The position numbers were made by a program, and so were the translations under genes. Shown here in pieces: positions 40,040 through 54,173 of a DNA stretch of 64,000 bases; within the stretch, counting starts at the first letter, position 1; every line of letters starts with the position of its first letter. The DNA comes from Octopus vulgaris (lineage: Eukaryota): NCBI GenBank assembly GCA_951406725.2, contig OX597829.1, forward strand, positions 29,078,001 through 29,142,000, written 5' to 3'. Under the pieces are notes generated by a model. That model saw nothing but the letters and a program-made list of their open reading frames with translations, searched no databases and had not been told where the DNA came from.

Positions 40040-40585
40040 TCACAGTCACTGCCAATAATACACGTTCAGGTGGGATCGAGTGAGGCTCGAGTCTTTCTGG
40101 ATACTGGTTGCACTATAACCCTGGTGACTGTAAAAATAGTGACTAGCTGGGGTGGTAACCCAAATCTGAGCATAGTGGATGGCAGCAATGTTAGGTGTAG
40201 AGGCGAGAGCAGAATACAGTTGATAGTGCAAGGGTCGACAGTGAAGGTTCAGGCAACTGTTGTTGATGATGAGGTGGACTGTGTTGACATAGTGGTGGGA
40301 ATGGACGTGTTTGTTTGACTGGGTGGTGTGACGGTCAGCGAGAAGGGAGCGGAATTCGGCAACCAATGTGTTGCATGCTATGAGTATGCAGAGGCAGAGG
40401 AAGGTTATGAGAGCGACGGAGTGCATGTACAAAGAGGGGATAATGTATGCAACATTGAAGACAAGGACTTCCAGGCCAAATTCAATGGCACACGTTGGAT
40501 AGTGGGAGTACTTTTGGAAGGGTGAGCCCCCATTGTTGCATTACAGGGTAAGCTGTTATGAACATACTCTCAAAGGAAAACTGAG
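40040..40585 (+). pseudogene. LTR-retrotransposon aspartic protease remnant
   Basis: ORF 40070-40318 reads ARVFLDTGCTITLV...DIVVGMD. Confidence 0.7.
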
Positions 40586-40819
40586 GCTTTCTTACCTGTC
40601 AGTCTGGCAGGAGCGTTCTCTCACTACCCACATGGATGTTCTCTTCTCTTGGTTGTGCACACACATCTTGCCTTCACGCTGTCTGGGTGCACTCTGACCT
40701 CTTCCTGTCACTACTGCACATGCTCTTTTCAGCACTTCCATCCTCAGAGACTCCCAACAGGGCCTACCTACTCTCTCACTTCCGCCTTCACCACAGCTTC
40801 AGCTCAATACCACATTACC

Positions 40820-41748
40820 TTAACCCTTTAATTGAAACACATTCTGTTGGAATACATTCCCTTTGTTTCAGTTAATTTTGAAAATAATGAAGAAGTTAGT
40901 AAAGTAATTTTGCTTTTATTAAATTGGTGTTTGGAACATAAATTATGGTAAATTTTTTTACCAGATTTCTGTTGAAATACATTGCCTTTGTTTCAACTGA
41001 TTTTGAAAGTAATGAAGAATTTAGTAAAACAGCTTTATTAGCTAGTATTTGAAACATGAATTAACAAGAAATTTTGATGAAAGATTCTAATTTATATCAC
41101 TTTAACCATTTGTTACCATATTTTTATTGAAATATACCGACTTTGCTTCAATTAATTTTAAAAATGCTCTTACTCTTTTACTCCTTTACTTGTTTCAGTC
41201 ATTTGACTGCGGCCATGCTGGAGCACCGCCTTTAGTCGAGCAAATCGACCCCGGGACTTATTCTTTGTAAGCCCAGTACTTATTCTATCAGTCTCTTTTG
41301 CCGAACCGCTAAGTGACGGGGACGTAAACACACCAGCATCGGTTGTCAAGCAATGCTAGGGGGACAAACACACACACACAAACACACACATACACATATA
41401 TACATATATATACATATATACGACAGGCTTCTTTCACTTTCCGTCTACCAAATCCACTCACAAGGCATTGGTCGGCCCGGGGCTATAGCAGAAAACACTT
41501 GCCCAAGATGCCACGCAGTGGGACTGAACCCAGAACCATGTGGTTGGTTAGCAAGTTACTTACCACGCAGCCACTCCTGCGCCTATTTAGTAAAATGCTG
41601 ACGAATTTAGTAAAATAACTTTGTTATTATTAAACTGGTGTTTGGAATGTTTAGATTACCATTAAATTTTGATGGAAAGTTTTAATATATATCACTTTAA
41701 ATCAAGGAATTTGTATCATAGAACCTAGGGCAGTATTAAAAGAGTTAA
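40820..41748 (+). mobile_element. piggyBac-like non-autonomous element with ~130-140 bp AT-rich internal tandem units, interrupted by a SINE
   Basis: Ends are ttaaccc and gagttaa. The internal unit ttttgaaaataatgaagaa.ttagtaaa...ctggtgtttggaaca repeats. An inverted relative spans about 43835-45790 and ends gggttaa. Confidence 0.5.
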
Positions 41749-43071
41749 TAAAGCTGTTGTGTACAGGAGATATGACTGCACTGGTATGGCCATGTGATAT
41801 GAATGGTGAATAATGATTGGTTGAAAAGAAATGCTGCTGTGTACTTAAGAATGGAGGCCACAGGAAGAAGTGGTGATGCACTTTGAATCCTGTACATGTA
41901 TCTGATGGCATGAATCTGTAGAATGAACTCTGGGAAGTGAAAGCACTTAATATGGCTTCTGTTGCTTGGTCATTCATAAAATAGTCACTTGACATTAAAG
42001 TTGCTTCGGAAGTTAGTTGAGGATGTAGATATCAGTGTGTAAGTATGTATGTGTGAACGCATGTGTGTGTGTATGTATGTGCATGTATGTGCGTGCGTGT
42101 GTGTGTGCGTGTGTATGTGCATGTGTGTGCGTGCATGCGTGTATGTCTGTGTGCCAAAAAGATTGTAACTAATACCATTAACATATTAATGTAATAAAGC
42201 ACAGGATATTCATAGAGAAAATATTAAGAAAATGAATTTTAAATAACAGCAACAAAAATCATCATCATCATCATCGTCGTCGTCGTCATCGTTGTCATCA
42301 TCATCACCATCATCATCTTCCCCATCACCACCACCACCATCATCATCATCATCACTTTAACCTCTGCTTTTCTGTGCTGTCATTGGTTGGACAGTTTGAC
42401 AGGATCCAGCAAGCCACACAGCTGTGTTACGCTCCACTGTCAGCTTTGGCATAGTCTCTCAGCTGGATGCTCTTCCTAACACCAACCTTCTTACAGTGTA
42501 TAATTTTTGGTACATTTTTCATGCCACCAGCACTGGTAAAGTCACCAAATAACTTACAAGTACAATAAAAGAAAAGGAAATATCCCTTCTTTGGCTAAGT
42601 AGATGGGAGTAGGGAGTAGTTCAGTAGTGGGGAGAAGTGGCTTGATGCCAGATGTTTGATACAAGGACAAGCACAGGAGTCTTGCTAAATATTAATCACA
42701 GAAATAAACTGAATAATAATTGATTTTGATTTAGGCACAAAGTATGCAATTTTGTAGAGAAGGATATTAACTACTATTGTCATCCCCAGTACTTAACAAC
42801 CTTGGAAGGATGAGAGGCAAATGTGACCTCAGAAGGATTTGAACTCAGAATGCAATGAACCAGAAAAAATAACTAAAGGCATTTTTTGCGCCTTCATTAT
42901 TATAGTAGGAGTGGCTGTGTGGTAAGTAGCTTGCTTACAAACCACATGGTTCCGGGTTCAGTCCCACTGCGTGGCACCTTGGGCAAGTGTCTTCTACTAT
43001 AGCCTCGGGCAGATCAATGCCTTGTGAGTGGATTTGGTAGATGGAAACTGAAAGAAGCCTGTCGTATATAT

Positions 43072-43333
43072 TGTAGTATGAATGGTGAAAAGAGTACAAC
43101 AGAACAAGGAAGGAATAGAAATGTAATTGGGTCTTACCTGGTGGAGATGAACTCGGATCGCCTTTAGCCAACTAGCTCGTGTCGTGTCTTCGTCGTGTCT
43201 GGTGCAACTGGTCAATGCCGCATGTGCGTTCTGTCTGTCACTTCCGCTTCTGTCGGCGCATGCGCCCTGCAAGACCTGCAAGCCCCACTTCCGCTCTCCC
43301 CATTCCGTCACACTCCTTCACCATCACACCACA
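43072..43333. mobile_element. Solo LTR (262 bp) inserted in the microsatellite of a family A SINE
   Basis: tgtagtatga...tcacaccaca inverted termini with a tatat target duplication. Confidence 0.75.
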
Positions 43334-43344
43334 TATATGTATAT

Positions 43345-43384
<40 letters not shown>

Positions 43385-43705
43385 ATGTGTGTGTGTATAC
43401 GTCTATTTGTTTGTTTGTCCCCCCGACATCGCTTGATAACAGATGCTGGTGTGTTTACGTCCCCATAACTTAGCAGTTTGGCAAAAGAGACTGATAGAAT
43501 AAGTACTAGGCTTACAAAGAATAAGTCCTGGGTTTGATTTGCTCGACTAAAGGCAGTGCTCCAGCATGGCCACAGTCAAATGACTGAAACAAGTAAAAGA
43601 GTAAAGAGAGAGTATAGTATTACCAGAGGTCAAAAGATACAGACAATGCAGTTAGCCAGCTGTAAGGCTCACACAAATTGTAAATGTGTGTATGTATGTG
43701 TGTGC

Positions 43706-43745
<40 letters not shown>

Positions 43746-44170
43746 ACGAGAGAGGGAGAAAGAGACTGAGACTTTGGCAGCATCAGACATCAAGGTATCC
43801 AATGGTTCAAGTGTCAGAGAATATTATATATAAGTCAACCCTTTTAGTATCAACCTGCACCAGACACTTCCTGATTCCATGATACAAACTTCCTGTTTCA
43901 AACTGATCAAAATTAAGACCTTAATCAAAATTTTGTATTCCAAATGCCAGCTTAATAACAATAAAGTTATTTTACGAAATTCTATATAATTTTCAAAAGG
44001 GCAGTATTATTTCAACAGAGATATGGTAACAAAAGCATTAAAGTGATCTAAATTAAAATCTCTCATCAAAAGTTCATGCTTCAACCACCGGTTTAATAAT
44101 GATGAAGTTATTTTACAAAATTTTATATAATAGGCACAGGCATAGCTGTGTGGTAAGAAGCTTGCTTCCC

Positions 44171-44694
44171 AAGGCCTCAACGGTGGTAATTGTGCCACCA
44201 ACCGAGGAAGTGTGGCCCCCTCCCAGTGAAAATAATGAAGAATATGTGGTCTTCTATCTCAAGGGAGGGGCTGTATTGATAGTCCAGATTGGCCTCCGCA
44301 GGTGGCTGCGCTGGTAATGGAAGAAAGTGATTCTTTTCCAAACAATGGATTCCTTTTCGAAAGAGAATCATAATTATCTCTTCCGGGTCCCAACTTGCTG
44401 CTGTGGGATTGCCTGCAGGTGGCAAGAGATTCGATCAGGGATGATTTATAAGAAGCTTAGTGTTTCAATTTATGTAAGAGGTTCATTACCTCATTTGTGT
44501 GGGGTTTTTTTGTTTTTTAAATAAAAAGAAAAAAGAAAAAAAGAACAGTGTTCTCGAAGGGCTTCTATCGGCGGGCATCGTTTTGCTCCTCTCATTAATA
44601 TCATAATTTCGTTTATCATTTCATCTCATTAATGTAAATATCCATCCTGAGCTTCCCTTCTATGTAATGCCCTTGTGGCAAATTATATGATTAA
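44171..44694 (+). mobile_element. 5'-truncated non-LTR retrotransposon 3' end inserted in a SINE head
   Basis: 16-bp target duplication aagaagcttgcttccc at 44155-44170 and 44695-44710. The 3' end reads tgtaatgcccttgtggcaaattatatgattaaa. Confidence 0.7.
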
Positions 44695-44839
44695 AAGAAG
44701 CTTGCTTCCCCCCAACCACATGGGTCTGGGTTCAGTCCCACTGCATGGAACCTTGGGCAAGTGTTTCTGCTATAGCCTCTGGCCGACCAAAGCTTTGTGA
44801 GTGAATTTGATACATGGAAACTGAAAGAAGCCTGTCATA

Positions 44840-44904
<65 letters not shown>

Positions 44905-45380
44905 GTAAGTATATTTATGTGTCTGTATTTCTCCCCCTACCATTGCTTGACAACCGATGTTGGTGTGTTTATGTCCCCATAGTCAGCAGTTTAGTAAAAA
45001 GCAACCGATAGAATAAGTACTAGGCTTACAAAAATAAGTCCTGGGGTTAATTTTTCGACTAAAGACACTGCTCCAGCATGGCCACAATCAAATGACTGAA
45101 ACAAGTAAAAGAATAAAAGAATAAAAAAATTTTCCAAATTAATTGAAACAAGGGCAATGTTACTTCAACAGAAATATGCTAACAAAAGGGTTAAAGTTAT
45201 CTAAATTAAAACCTTCCCTCAAAAGTTCATGTTAATTTATGCTCTAAACACCAGGCATAGTTGTGTCATATGAAGTTTGCTTCCCAACCACATGGTGCAG
45301 GGTTCAGTCCTACTGCATGACACCTTAGGCAAGTGTCCTCCACAAAGCCTTGTGAATGGATTTGGTAGACAGAAAGCCTG

Positions 45381-45477
<97 letters not shown>

Positions 45478-46448
45478 CATGTGTGTGTGTATTTGTGTCT
45501 GTACTTGTCCATCCCAAACACTTAACAACTGGTGCTGCTGTGTTTATGTTCCAGTAAATTAGCAGTTTGACAAAAGATACTGATAGAATAAGTACCTGGC
45601 TTTAAAAAATGAAGTTTAAGGATTGATTTGCTCAACTAAAACCCAGCATAGCCACAGTCAAATGATTCAAACAAGGAAAAAATTGATAACAACAAATTTA
45701 TTTAACTAAGTTTTTCATTATTTTCGAAAATAATTGAAATAAAGGTAATGTATTTCAGTAGAAATATAGTAAAAAAAAAAAATGGGTTAATCAGGATGGA
45801 AAGCTGCTGTATGGTAAGACTGGTTACAAGGGTATTAAAATAGCTGGAAAACAAGGTTAAACATTCAGAAGCATCCAAGTAAGTATATGAGTACATAATA
45901 TGGAATGTAATATTAAATAAATAGCCAAAAAGCAAAAAATAAGACAACAGAAGTGTATATCAGAAAGACCAATACAAATATAATTCACAGACAACAGAGG
46001 AACCTATCAATAGGCATAAAGCATCATATAGACAAGAATTTCAAGGTTCATGAGTATCATGGGAAAGTATTTCCGAATGGAGTAAAAATGAATGAGAGAA
46101 AATGGTTTTTTGGCCAACATACAAAAAAACAGAAGTAGGCATAAACACACACACACACCAGATGCAAAGTAACACACACATATGATTATAAAGCTGTATA
46201 ATTTTATACACAGACATACACATACACACACACTCATATATGAGAGGTATTGGTATCCAGAAGACCCAAGGTGGCAGGTAACACTATGTAAGTGCTATGG
46301 GAGGACCGTAGTTAAACTCATGATTCAATAATTATACAAGTGAGGCATCTAATGCGGGTCTTGTATGAGCATGTATATGTTAAATATAATGAGACAACAA
46401 AGCCGAGGCTATGTGGAATTTTCAGGACATTTATAAACAAGAAAGGTA

Positions 46449-46493
46449 GTCTTACAGCTGTTTCAGGGATATTAGGAATATCCCTTCAGAGAC
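46449..46493 (-). ncRNA. Hammerhead motif with a 3-nt core deletion (relative of 29799-29850)
   Basis: Reverse complement reads gtct-CTGA[tga missing]-agggatatt cct aatatccct-GAAA-cagctg-TA-agac. Confidence 0.6.
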
Positions 46494-47873
46494 GATGTGA
46501 GATGGTTAAATAGAGGGAAATAGTAGAGTTCAATATAAGGAGTTATTTTGGAAAAGGAAGGAAATAAGGAATATATAGAGAAATAGGAGAATGAATGTAG
46601 AAATAAAAATAGAAATGTGTAAAAATGTTATAGATGCAGTTCCATTATCCAAGGAAAGTGGTGTAGAAGTGGTAGAAATGCTTCCTGTCCCTGGTATGTA
46701 AATTCCAATAGGAGTTGATGTTTTCTTCTTCTGCCTTCATGAACAGAAGTACATTTTGATTTATTGGTCAGCTTGCACCTAGTAGTAAGGCTGCTACTAA
46801 TACTTCTGTACTTTTCAGAAATCTATGTTTATATGAGATACTTTCTCAAGATAAATATCCTGAATTGTGGCTTTCTATTAGTATACCCCCATTATTACTT
46901 AAGGCTACAAAAAATTGCTATTCAGTACTAGTACTGCTTCCATGGCAAATAACAAATTTTCACCTAGTCCACCAACTATTTGCAACATCGATGGCTGATT
47001 AATCACTGTTTTTCAATATATCAGTAAAGGTAAAATTTGTCTTAAGTATGCATTTGCTATTGGATTCTTTCTACAGATGATGTGCAAATATGTAGAAATC
47101 ATATGAACTAGCAATCCCACAAATGCTACTGGACACTTTTCATCTGCTACCAATATTCTCTTGTGCTTTTTAGCACTACATGTCTATATGAGATTCTTTC
47201 TCAAGACAACTACCACAATGTTATGGCTTTCTATTAGTATATCCACACACTATATATATATATGGAAATTTTAGTTAAGACACCTGTGCCAGTGATACGT
47301 AAAAAGCACCATCCAAATGTGGCAGATGCCAGCACCGCCTGACTGGCGTCCTTGTCAGTGACACGTAAAAGCACCAACCGATCATGGCTGTTTGCCAGCC
47401 TGCTCTGGCCCCTGTGCCGGTGGCACGTAAAAAGCACCCACTACACTCACAGAGTGGTTGGCATTAGGAAAGGGCATCCAGCTGTAGAAATACTGCCAAA
47501 TCAGACTAGAGCCTGGTGCAGCCTCCATGGCTTACCGGACCCCGGTCGGACCGTCCAACCCATGCTAGCATGGAAAACGGACGTTAAATGATGATGATGA
47601 TGATGATATATATATATATATATATATTCTTTTATTCTTTTACTTATTTCAGTCATTTGACTGTCACCATGCTGGAGCACTGCCTTGAGGGGTTTTAGTT
47701 GGACAAGTTCACCCCAGCACTTATTTAAACCTAGTACTTATTCTGTCAGTCCCTTTTGCGGAACTACTAGGTTATGGGGACATAAACACACCAACACTGC
47801 TTGTCAAGCTGTGATGGGGGAACAAACACAGACACAAAGACACACAGGTATTCACAAACACACACACACACAT

Positions 47874-47916
<43 letters not shown>

Positions 47917-48072
47917 TATATATGACTATTTTCTTTCCCTTTCCGTCTACCAAATCCACTCACAAGGCTATGGTCAGCCCGAGGCTCTAGTAAAAGACGC
48001 CTAAGGTACCACACAGTGGGACTGAAACTGGAACCATGTAGTTGGGAAGCAGCTTCTTAAAACACAGCCACG

Positions 48073-48108
<36 letters not shown>

Positions 48109-48110
<2 letters not shown>

Positions 48111-48480
48111 GGGGTACCCCAAAGTAATCAGAAATATTCTTTGTGGGACAAGCCTGTTGTAGTTCAGCTTTTGCTGCTAGAAGTCATTTGATGCAGCCCT
48201 ATGCATCAGTCTGCTGACCAGCATCGTCAAGTAGAGTCATAGTGTGTCTTTGATTTTTGCAATGGCTTAAATGAAGGCACAACTGCATCCAGGAAATTCT
48301 GTTTTCTGCTGAGAAAAACAGCTTACAAAGCTGCTGCCATGGGCAAAACACAAGTTTACTAGTGTTTTTCACTAGTAAACTTTAGTAAGCTTTAGGAATG
48401 GTCACTTGTTGCTTGAGGACCAACCTTATTCAGGGCAACCATTGACCTCAAACGAATGAAAACATGAAAACTATGAACTG
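48109..48480 (+). mobile_element. Mariner 5' fragment
   Basis: TA followed by a tgagggggtaccc TIR-like start. The degraded N-terminal HTH region reads KFCFLLRKTA...AAMGKTQVY. Confidence 0.5.
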
Positions 48481-48499
48481 ATCTTGGAGGACCATCACT

Positions 48500-49780
48500 G
48501 AACAATTGACAAACTTGTTGATAGATGAGATGCAGTTTGGTTTTGTGCCAGGCAGAAGCACTACTGATGCTATATTTCTGGTAAGGCATCTGCAGGAGAA
48601 ATACCTAGACAAAGATAAACCTCTGTACTTGGCTTTTGTTGACTTGGAGAAAACCTTATCTAATGGTCAATGTGGAAACTGGGGATAGATGAGTGGCTGG
48701 TAAGAGCTGTACAAGCATTGTACAGGGATGCTGTCAGTAAGGTGAGGGTTGGCAATGAGTATAGTGAAGAAATCAGAGTAGAATTAGGGGTTCACAAAGG
48801 ATCAGTCCTCAGCCCCTCTTATTCATTATAGTCCTCCAGGCAATAACAGAGGAATTCAAGACAGGGTGCCCCTGAGAAATCCTCTATGCTGATGACCTTA
48901 CTCTAATAGCTGAGTCACTGCCAGAACTGGAGACAAAATCTAGAGTGTGGAACCAAGGTCTAGACCGAAGGGCCCTAGGGTTAACCTAGCAAAAACCAAA
49001 GTCTTAGTAAGTAAGAAGGCTGTCAAATCACAACCCTCTTCAAATAGATGGCCCTGCTCAATCTGTAGAAAAAGCATGAGTAGAAACTCCATACGATGTA
49101 CCTGGTGTAAACTATGGACACATAAAAGGTGCAGCAATATCAAAGGTTAACTGGGAAAATAGTTTTTGTGTGTGGCAGATGAATTGGGGCAATAAACACT
49201 GAAGATGCTCAGAAAACAGATTCCATCACATGCCAGGGGAAGAAACTAGAAGTCTGTAGTGGGGGTGGCATCTCTGAGAGTGTAGCGACTAGAGTAAGAA
49301 TAGCCTTGGCAAAGTTCAGGGAGCTCCTACCTCTGCTGGCAACTAAAGGTCTCTCATGCAGGGTGAAAGGCAGACTGTATGATGCATGTGTGTGAACTGC
49401 CATGTTACATGGCAGTGAAACATGGGCCATGAATGCTGAGGACATGCATAGGCTAGTATGATCTGCTGGATGTGTAATGTCAGTGTGCATACACAACAGA
49501 ATGTAAGTGCCCTGACAGAAAAGTTGGGCATAAGATTATTAAATGTGGTGTGCAAGAGAGGCGACTACGCTGGTATGGTCATGTGTTACATATGAATGAA
49601 GACAGCTGTGTGAAGAAGTGCCACTCCTTAAATGTAGAAGGAACCTGTGGAAGAGGTAGACCCATGGGATGAGGTGGTGAAGCATGACCTTTGAACATTA
49701 TGCCTCACAGAAGCAATAACAGGAGACCAGGACCTTTGGAGATATGCTGTGATTGAGAAGATCTGGTAGCTAAAGTGAGA
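48500..49780 (+). pseudogene. Degraded RTE-clade LINE 3' half
   Basis: Reads QFGFVPGRSTTDAIFLVRHLQEKY, GVHKGSVLSP, LYADDL (about 48882-48899), RLRWYGHV and GRGRP. Stop codons and frameshifts are present. Confidence 0.9.
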
Positions 49781-50324
49781 TTGCGGTCATGCATGTTTGG
49801 CCCTGTTAAGAATACCCCTGATGCATCAGGCAATATGATATGCTTGAGAAGACCTGTTGAGTCAAGTAATATTGTAGCTGTGGTCAGTGCCCCCTGACTG
49901 GCTACTGTGCCAGTGGCATGTAAAAAGTATCATCTGAACATGGTCGATGCCAGGTCCACCTGACTGACTCCCATGCCGGTGGCACATAAAAAGCACCAAC
50001 TGATCATGGCCAATGCCTGTACCCACCGACTGGCTCTTGTGCTGGTGGCATGTAAAAAGCACTATCTAAATGTGATCAATGCCATGCCTGCCTGCCCGAC
50101 TGGCTCCTGTGCTGGTGACACGTAAAAAGCATCCACTACACTCTCAGAGTGGTTGGCGTTAGGAAGGGCATCCAGCTGTAGAAGCAATGCCTAATCAGAT
50201 TGGAGCCTGGTGCAGCTTCCTGGCTTCCCAGACCTCAGTCAAACACTCCAACCCATGCCAGCATGGAAAACGGACGTTAAATTAGGATGAGGGGGGGTGG
50301 CGGTGGCGGCGGCGGCAGTGGTGG

Positions 50325-50355
<31 letters not shown>

Positions 50356-50869
50356 GGTGGTGCTGGTGGTGCTGGTGGTGGTGCTGGTGGTGCTGGTGGT
50401 GGTGATGTATATATACGAATACATATACATGGTTTGAGGAGTATTTGGAGGCACTTAATTATCAGTTTGTTACTTTTTTCTGAAAGAATTAAAAATCAAT
50501 GAAAATGTTTAATTCTTTCAGATCCCCCATAAGGAAAACAATTAGTGACTATTGCTATATGTGTAGAACACAATGATTTAGAAATTGCCAACTTTCTAAA
50601 TGTTGAAAGATCTTTTGAACAAAAATTTCAGATGGAATTAGAAGCCTCTTGTGGTAATGTTTTCACTGCATCAAAGAGAAAAAAAAATCTAAGCATCTAG
50701 ACATTATAATGACATTGCAATTTATCCAATGAATTTGAAACATTATTGATGATCCAGAATATCATTGAAGGCTATCACCAAATAATTTGTGGACTTTCAG
50801 AATAGTGGTGCATGAGGACTTTCAATACCAGTTATAATGTACTGAGGAAAGGTCATTTCTTGCTTGCAA

Positions 50870-51329
50870 AGACAGTTTGATCCATGTCAAACAGTTACTT
50901 AACAAGGTTAAAATCCCTCACAAACATGACATGCTTTGATTCTTCTCTAATGAGAAAAACGTCAACCAAGATCAAAAGTTTGACAGTAGGATAGATCTCT
51001 ATGTGTAGATCCTTTAAATGTCACCAGAGCAATACACACTAAAGTTTCAGCAGCTGTGATGGTTTTAGGTCACATCTTTTCATAGGATCTTATAACTTGT
51101 GCTGCTGGATATGTTGTGGTACTGGAGGCTGTTGTTAAGCCCTGGTTCAATGGAATATGCAGTGGAAGGCCATAAGTGTTTCAACAAGACTCAGCACCTT
51201 CTTTCAAAGCCTATGTAAGTGAAGAAAGGAAGTTAGACAATCATTTACAATCATGTGATACCAAACTTGTGGCATCTAAACTCACCAGGTTTAAATGCCA
51301 TGGACTACTATACTTTAATGAATACTGGA

Positions 51330-51330
<1 letters not shown>
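50870..51330 (+). pseudogene. Tc1/mariner superfamily (DD37D/maT-like) transposase remnant
   Basis: Degraded FSNEKN.NQDQK, FQQDSAPS.KA and W..NSPGLNAMDYY motifs. Confidence 0.65.
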
Positions 51331-51408
<78 letters not shown>

Positions 51409-52212
51409 GTGTGTGTGTGTTAAATAAAATGAGACAACAAAGCTAAGGTTGTGTGGAATTTTCAGTACATTCCAATAAGAGTTCATATTTTGTCATCACA
51501 AATGGAAAGTGCTGAGATGTAGATTCCCTGTGCAGTTCATTCAAAGGGGTCTTGTGGTGTCAAGAAGCTTTACCACCACCACCCCATTTCCTTCAGTTGA
51601 TGCACATTTCTCAGAATAGTTTTCTCTCCTGCCAAACAGGACCTCCACCACCTGCTGCTGTTAAAGACACGACCTGCGTTTTGCCAGCAATCTCGGTTTC
51701 ACTTTACATGGTGGTAAGAAGTTTGCTTCCCAGCCACATAATTTCGTGGTTGGTCCCACTGTGTGGCACCTTAAGCAAGAGCCTTTTACTATATCCCTGT
51801 GCAAACCAAAAGTCTTGTGAGTGAATTTGGCAGAAGGAAACTGAAAGAAGTCTGTCATGTGTGTGTGTGTGTGTGTGTGTGTCTATGTGTGAGCATGTCT
51901 TTGTTTTTGTGTTTGTCCCCCACCAGCCAGTGTTGGTTATTCTACTTATCCATAACTTAGCAGTCTGGCAAAAGTGACTGGTAGAAAAAGTACCAGAGGT
52001 AAATAAAAAAAATGCTGGAGTGGATTTGGGTTCCCCAGCTGGACGGGATACGAGTCCATCACAGCATTACTCATTTTTGCCAGCTGAGTGGACTGGAGCA
52101 ACGTGAAATGAAGTGTTTTGCTCAAGAACACAATGCGTTGCCTGGTCCAGGAATCGAAACCACAATCTTACGATCATGGTGCTGACACCCTAACCACTAA
52201 GCCATGTGCCTC

Positions 52213-52255
<43 letters not shown>

Positions 52256-52761
52256 GTACATACACATAAATGTATATACATATGTACATACACATATATA
52301 TACATATATATGTGTATATATATATATATATATATTTGTATGTATATATGTATATGTATACATGCACACATATATACATATGTATGTATACACACACACA
52401 CACATATTTATGCTAACTACAGGCCATTATATTTTTTGCTGACATGACCCAAATCACTAAATATGTTAATTCTTCATGACCTCTTCTGTTATAAAGGGTG
52501 ATGGCTTCAGTGCCTCATATCCTGTATCATACAAGTATCACTACAGCTTGTCAGGAATGCTGTTTTCCTGCCAGAGACCAGTGCATCGCAGGTTTTAACA
52601 GATTTCAAACTAGTCATAAGTCTTGGAGCTGTTGCCTTGCTTAATAATGTTTATAGCAGTTTGTGAGTACCAGCTGTTGCACCAATAGGAGATAGATAGA
52701 TGGACAGACAAACAGACAGACAGACAGGCAGACAGGCAGGCAGGCAGACAGGCAGGCAGGC

Positions 52762-52824
<63 letters not shown>

Positions 52825-53574
52825 TAGAAAAGTATGTCTATCATCATCATCATTTAACGTCCATTTTTCATACTGGCATGGGTTGGATGGTTTGATAGGA
52901 ACTTGCAAATTCAGGAGTTGCACCTGGCTCCATAGTCTTTTTTGCATGGTTTCTATGGCTGGATGCCCTTCCTAACACCAACCACTATACAGTATGTATG
53001 GGTGCTTTATATGTGGCACCAGCACTGACAGAGTCACCAAGTAACTTGCAAGACATGAAAAGAGGTAAAAAAAAGGTGAAACCCCATCAATTTGAAGGAG
53101 GTGCAGTATTGAAGAGGTGGGGTAGCTTCATGCTAGTTGAGAGATTAAAGGTTACAGAGGGACAAAGATAGATTTTTAGCTGTAGAGTAGACACAAGGGC
53201 AACCCAGTCAGAAAGGAAAGGAGAGTAAGTTAGAGAATGATATAAGGAGAGTGATAGTGAGAGAGATGATGGCAAAGATGTCGAATTAGGATATACTCTT
53301 GAGGGGCTTTGAAGGTAGTGAGAATAGGTGAAATGATACAGAGGTTTGGTGATTGCTACAAATGATGGAGAGAAAGCTAGGAGAGGATCATTGTTGGGGT
53401 TGCAGCAAGATATGTGAGAGCATTGAGACAACAGACGTCTTTCGACTCGAGACAAATTGGATTCAACTAGTGTATTTGAGAATTAAGCCTTACGGCAGAT
53501 GATAACAACGATGGATGTTACCGTGCCTGCGGTCTGAAGCAAAAGGGCTATGGTTGGCCAGCAGTCACGTGAGA

Positions 53575-53750
53575 AGAGAAGAGAAAAAGAAGAGTAAAGG
53601 AATTAAGGAGGGGGAGAAGAGAGAGAAAAAGAGGAGTAAAGGAATTAAGGAGGGGGAGAAGAGAGAGAAAAAGAGGAAAAAAAGAATTAAGGAGGGGAGA
53701 AGAGAGAGGAAAAGAGGAACAAGGACTTAAGGAGGGGAGAAGAAAGAGAG
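53575..53750 (+). repeat. Purine-rich ~42-bp minisatellite
   Basis: gagagaaaaagaggagtaaaggaattaaggagggggagaa-like unit repeated about 4 times. Confidence 0.7.
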
Positions 53751-53900
53751 CATGTAGACCAAATAATCAAGGATCAGGGACAGTGAAGTGCAAAGTAAGA
53801 AAGGCAAAGAAATGTGAGAGAGGGGGCAGAGAGTGTGTTGAAGTCATACAAAGTTTAGTGAAATGTGTACTTACATATAAGAGAACAAAGTGTACATACG

Positions 53901-53948
<48 letters not shown>

Positions 53949-54110
53949 AAATGGGACAAGAACGCAAAACATCCAAATAGACAATACAAAAAACACGGAC
54001 AGGTCATTCAAAGCCTCTTAATCTTCAGTCAAGAACCGGATCATCCTCGCAAAACAGGACGACTCGAGACGAACTGGATTCAGCTAACATATTTGGGGTG
54101 TGTATGTATA

Positions 54111-54173
<63 letters not shown>

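Noticed and set aside
46790-47250. ~100-bp diverged direct repeats possibly from a hAT transposase C-terminus
   Set aside because: Too degraded to assign by eye.
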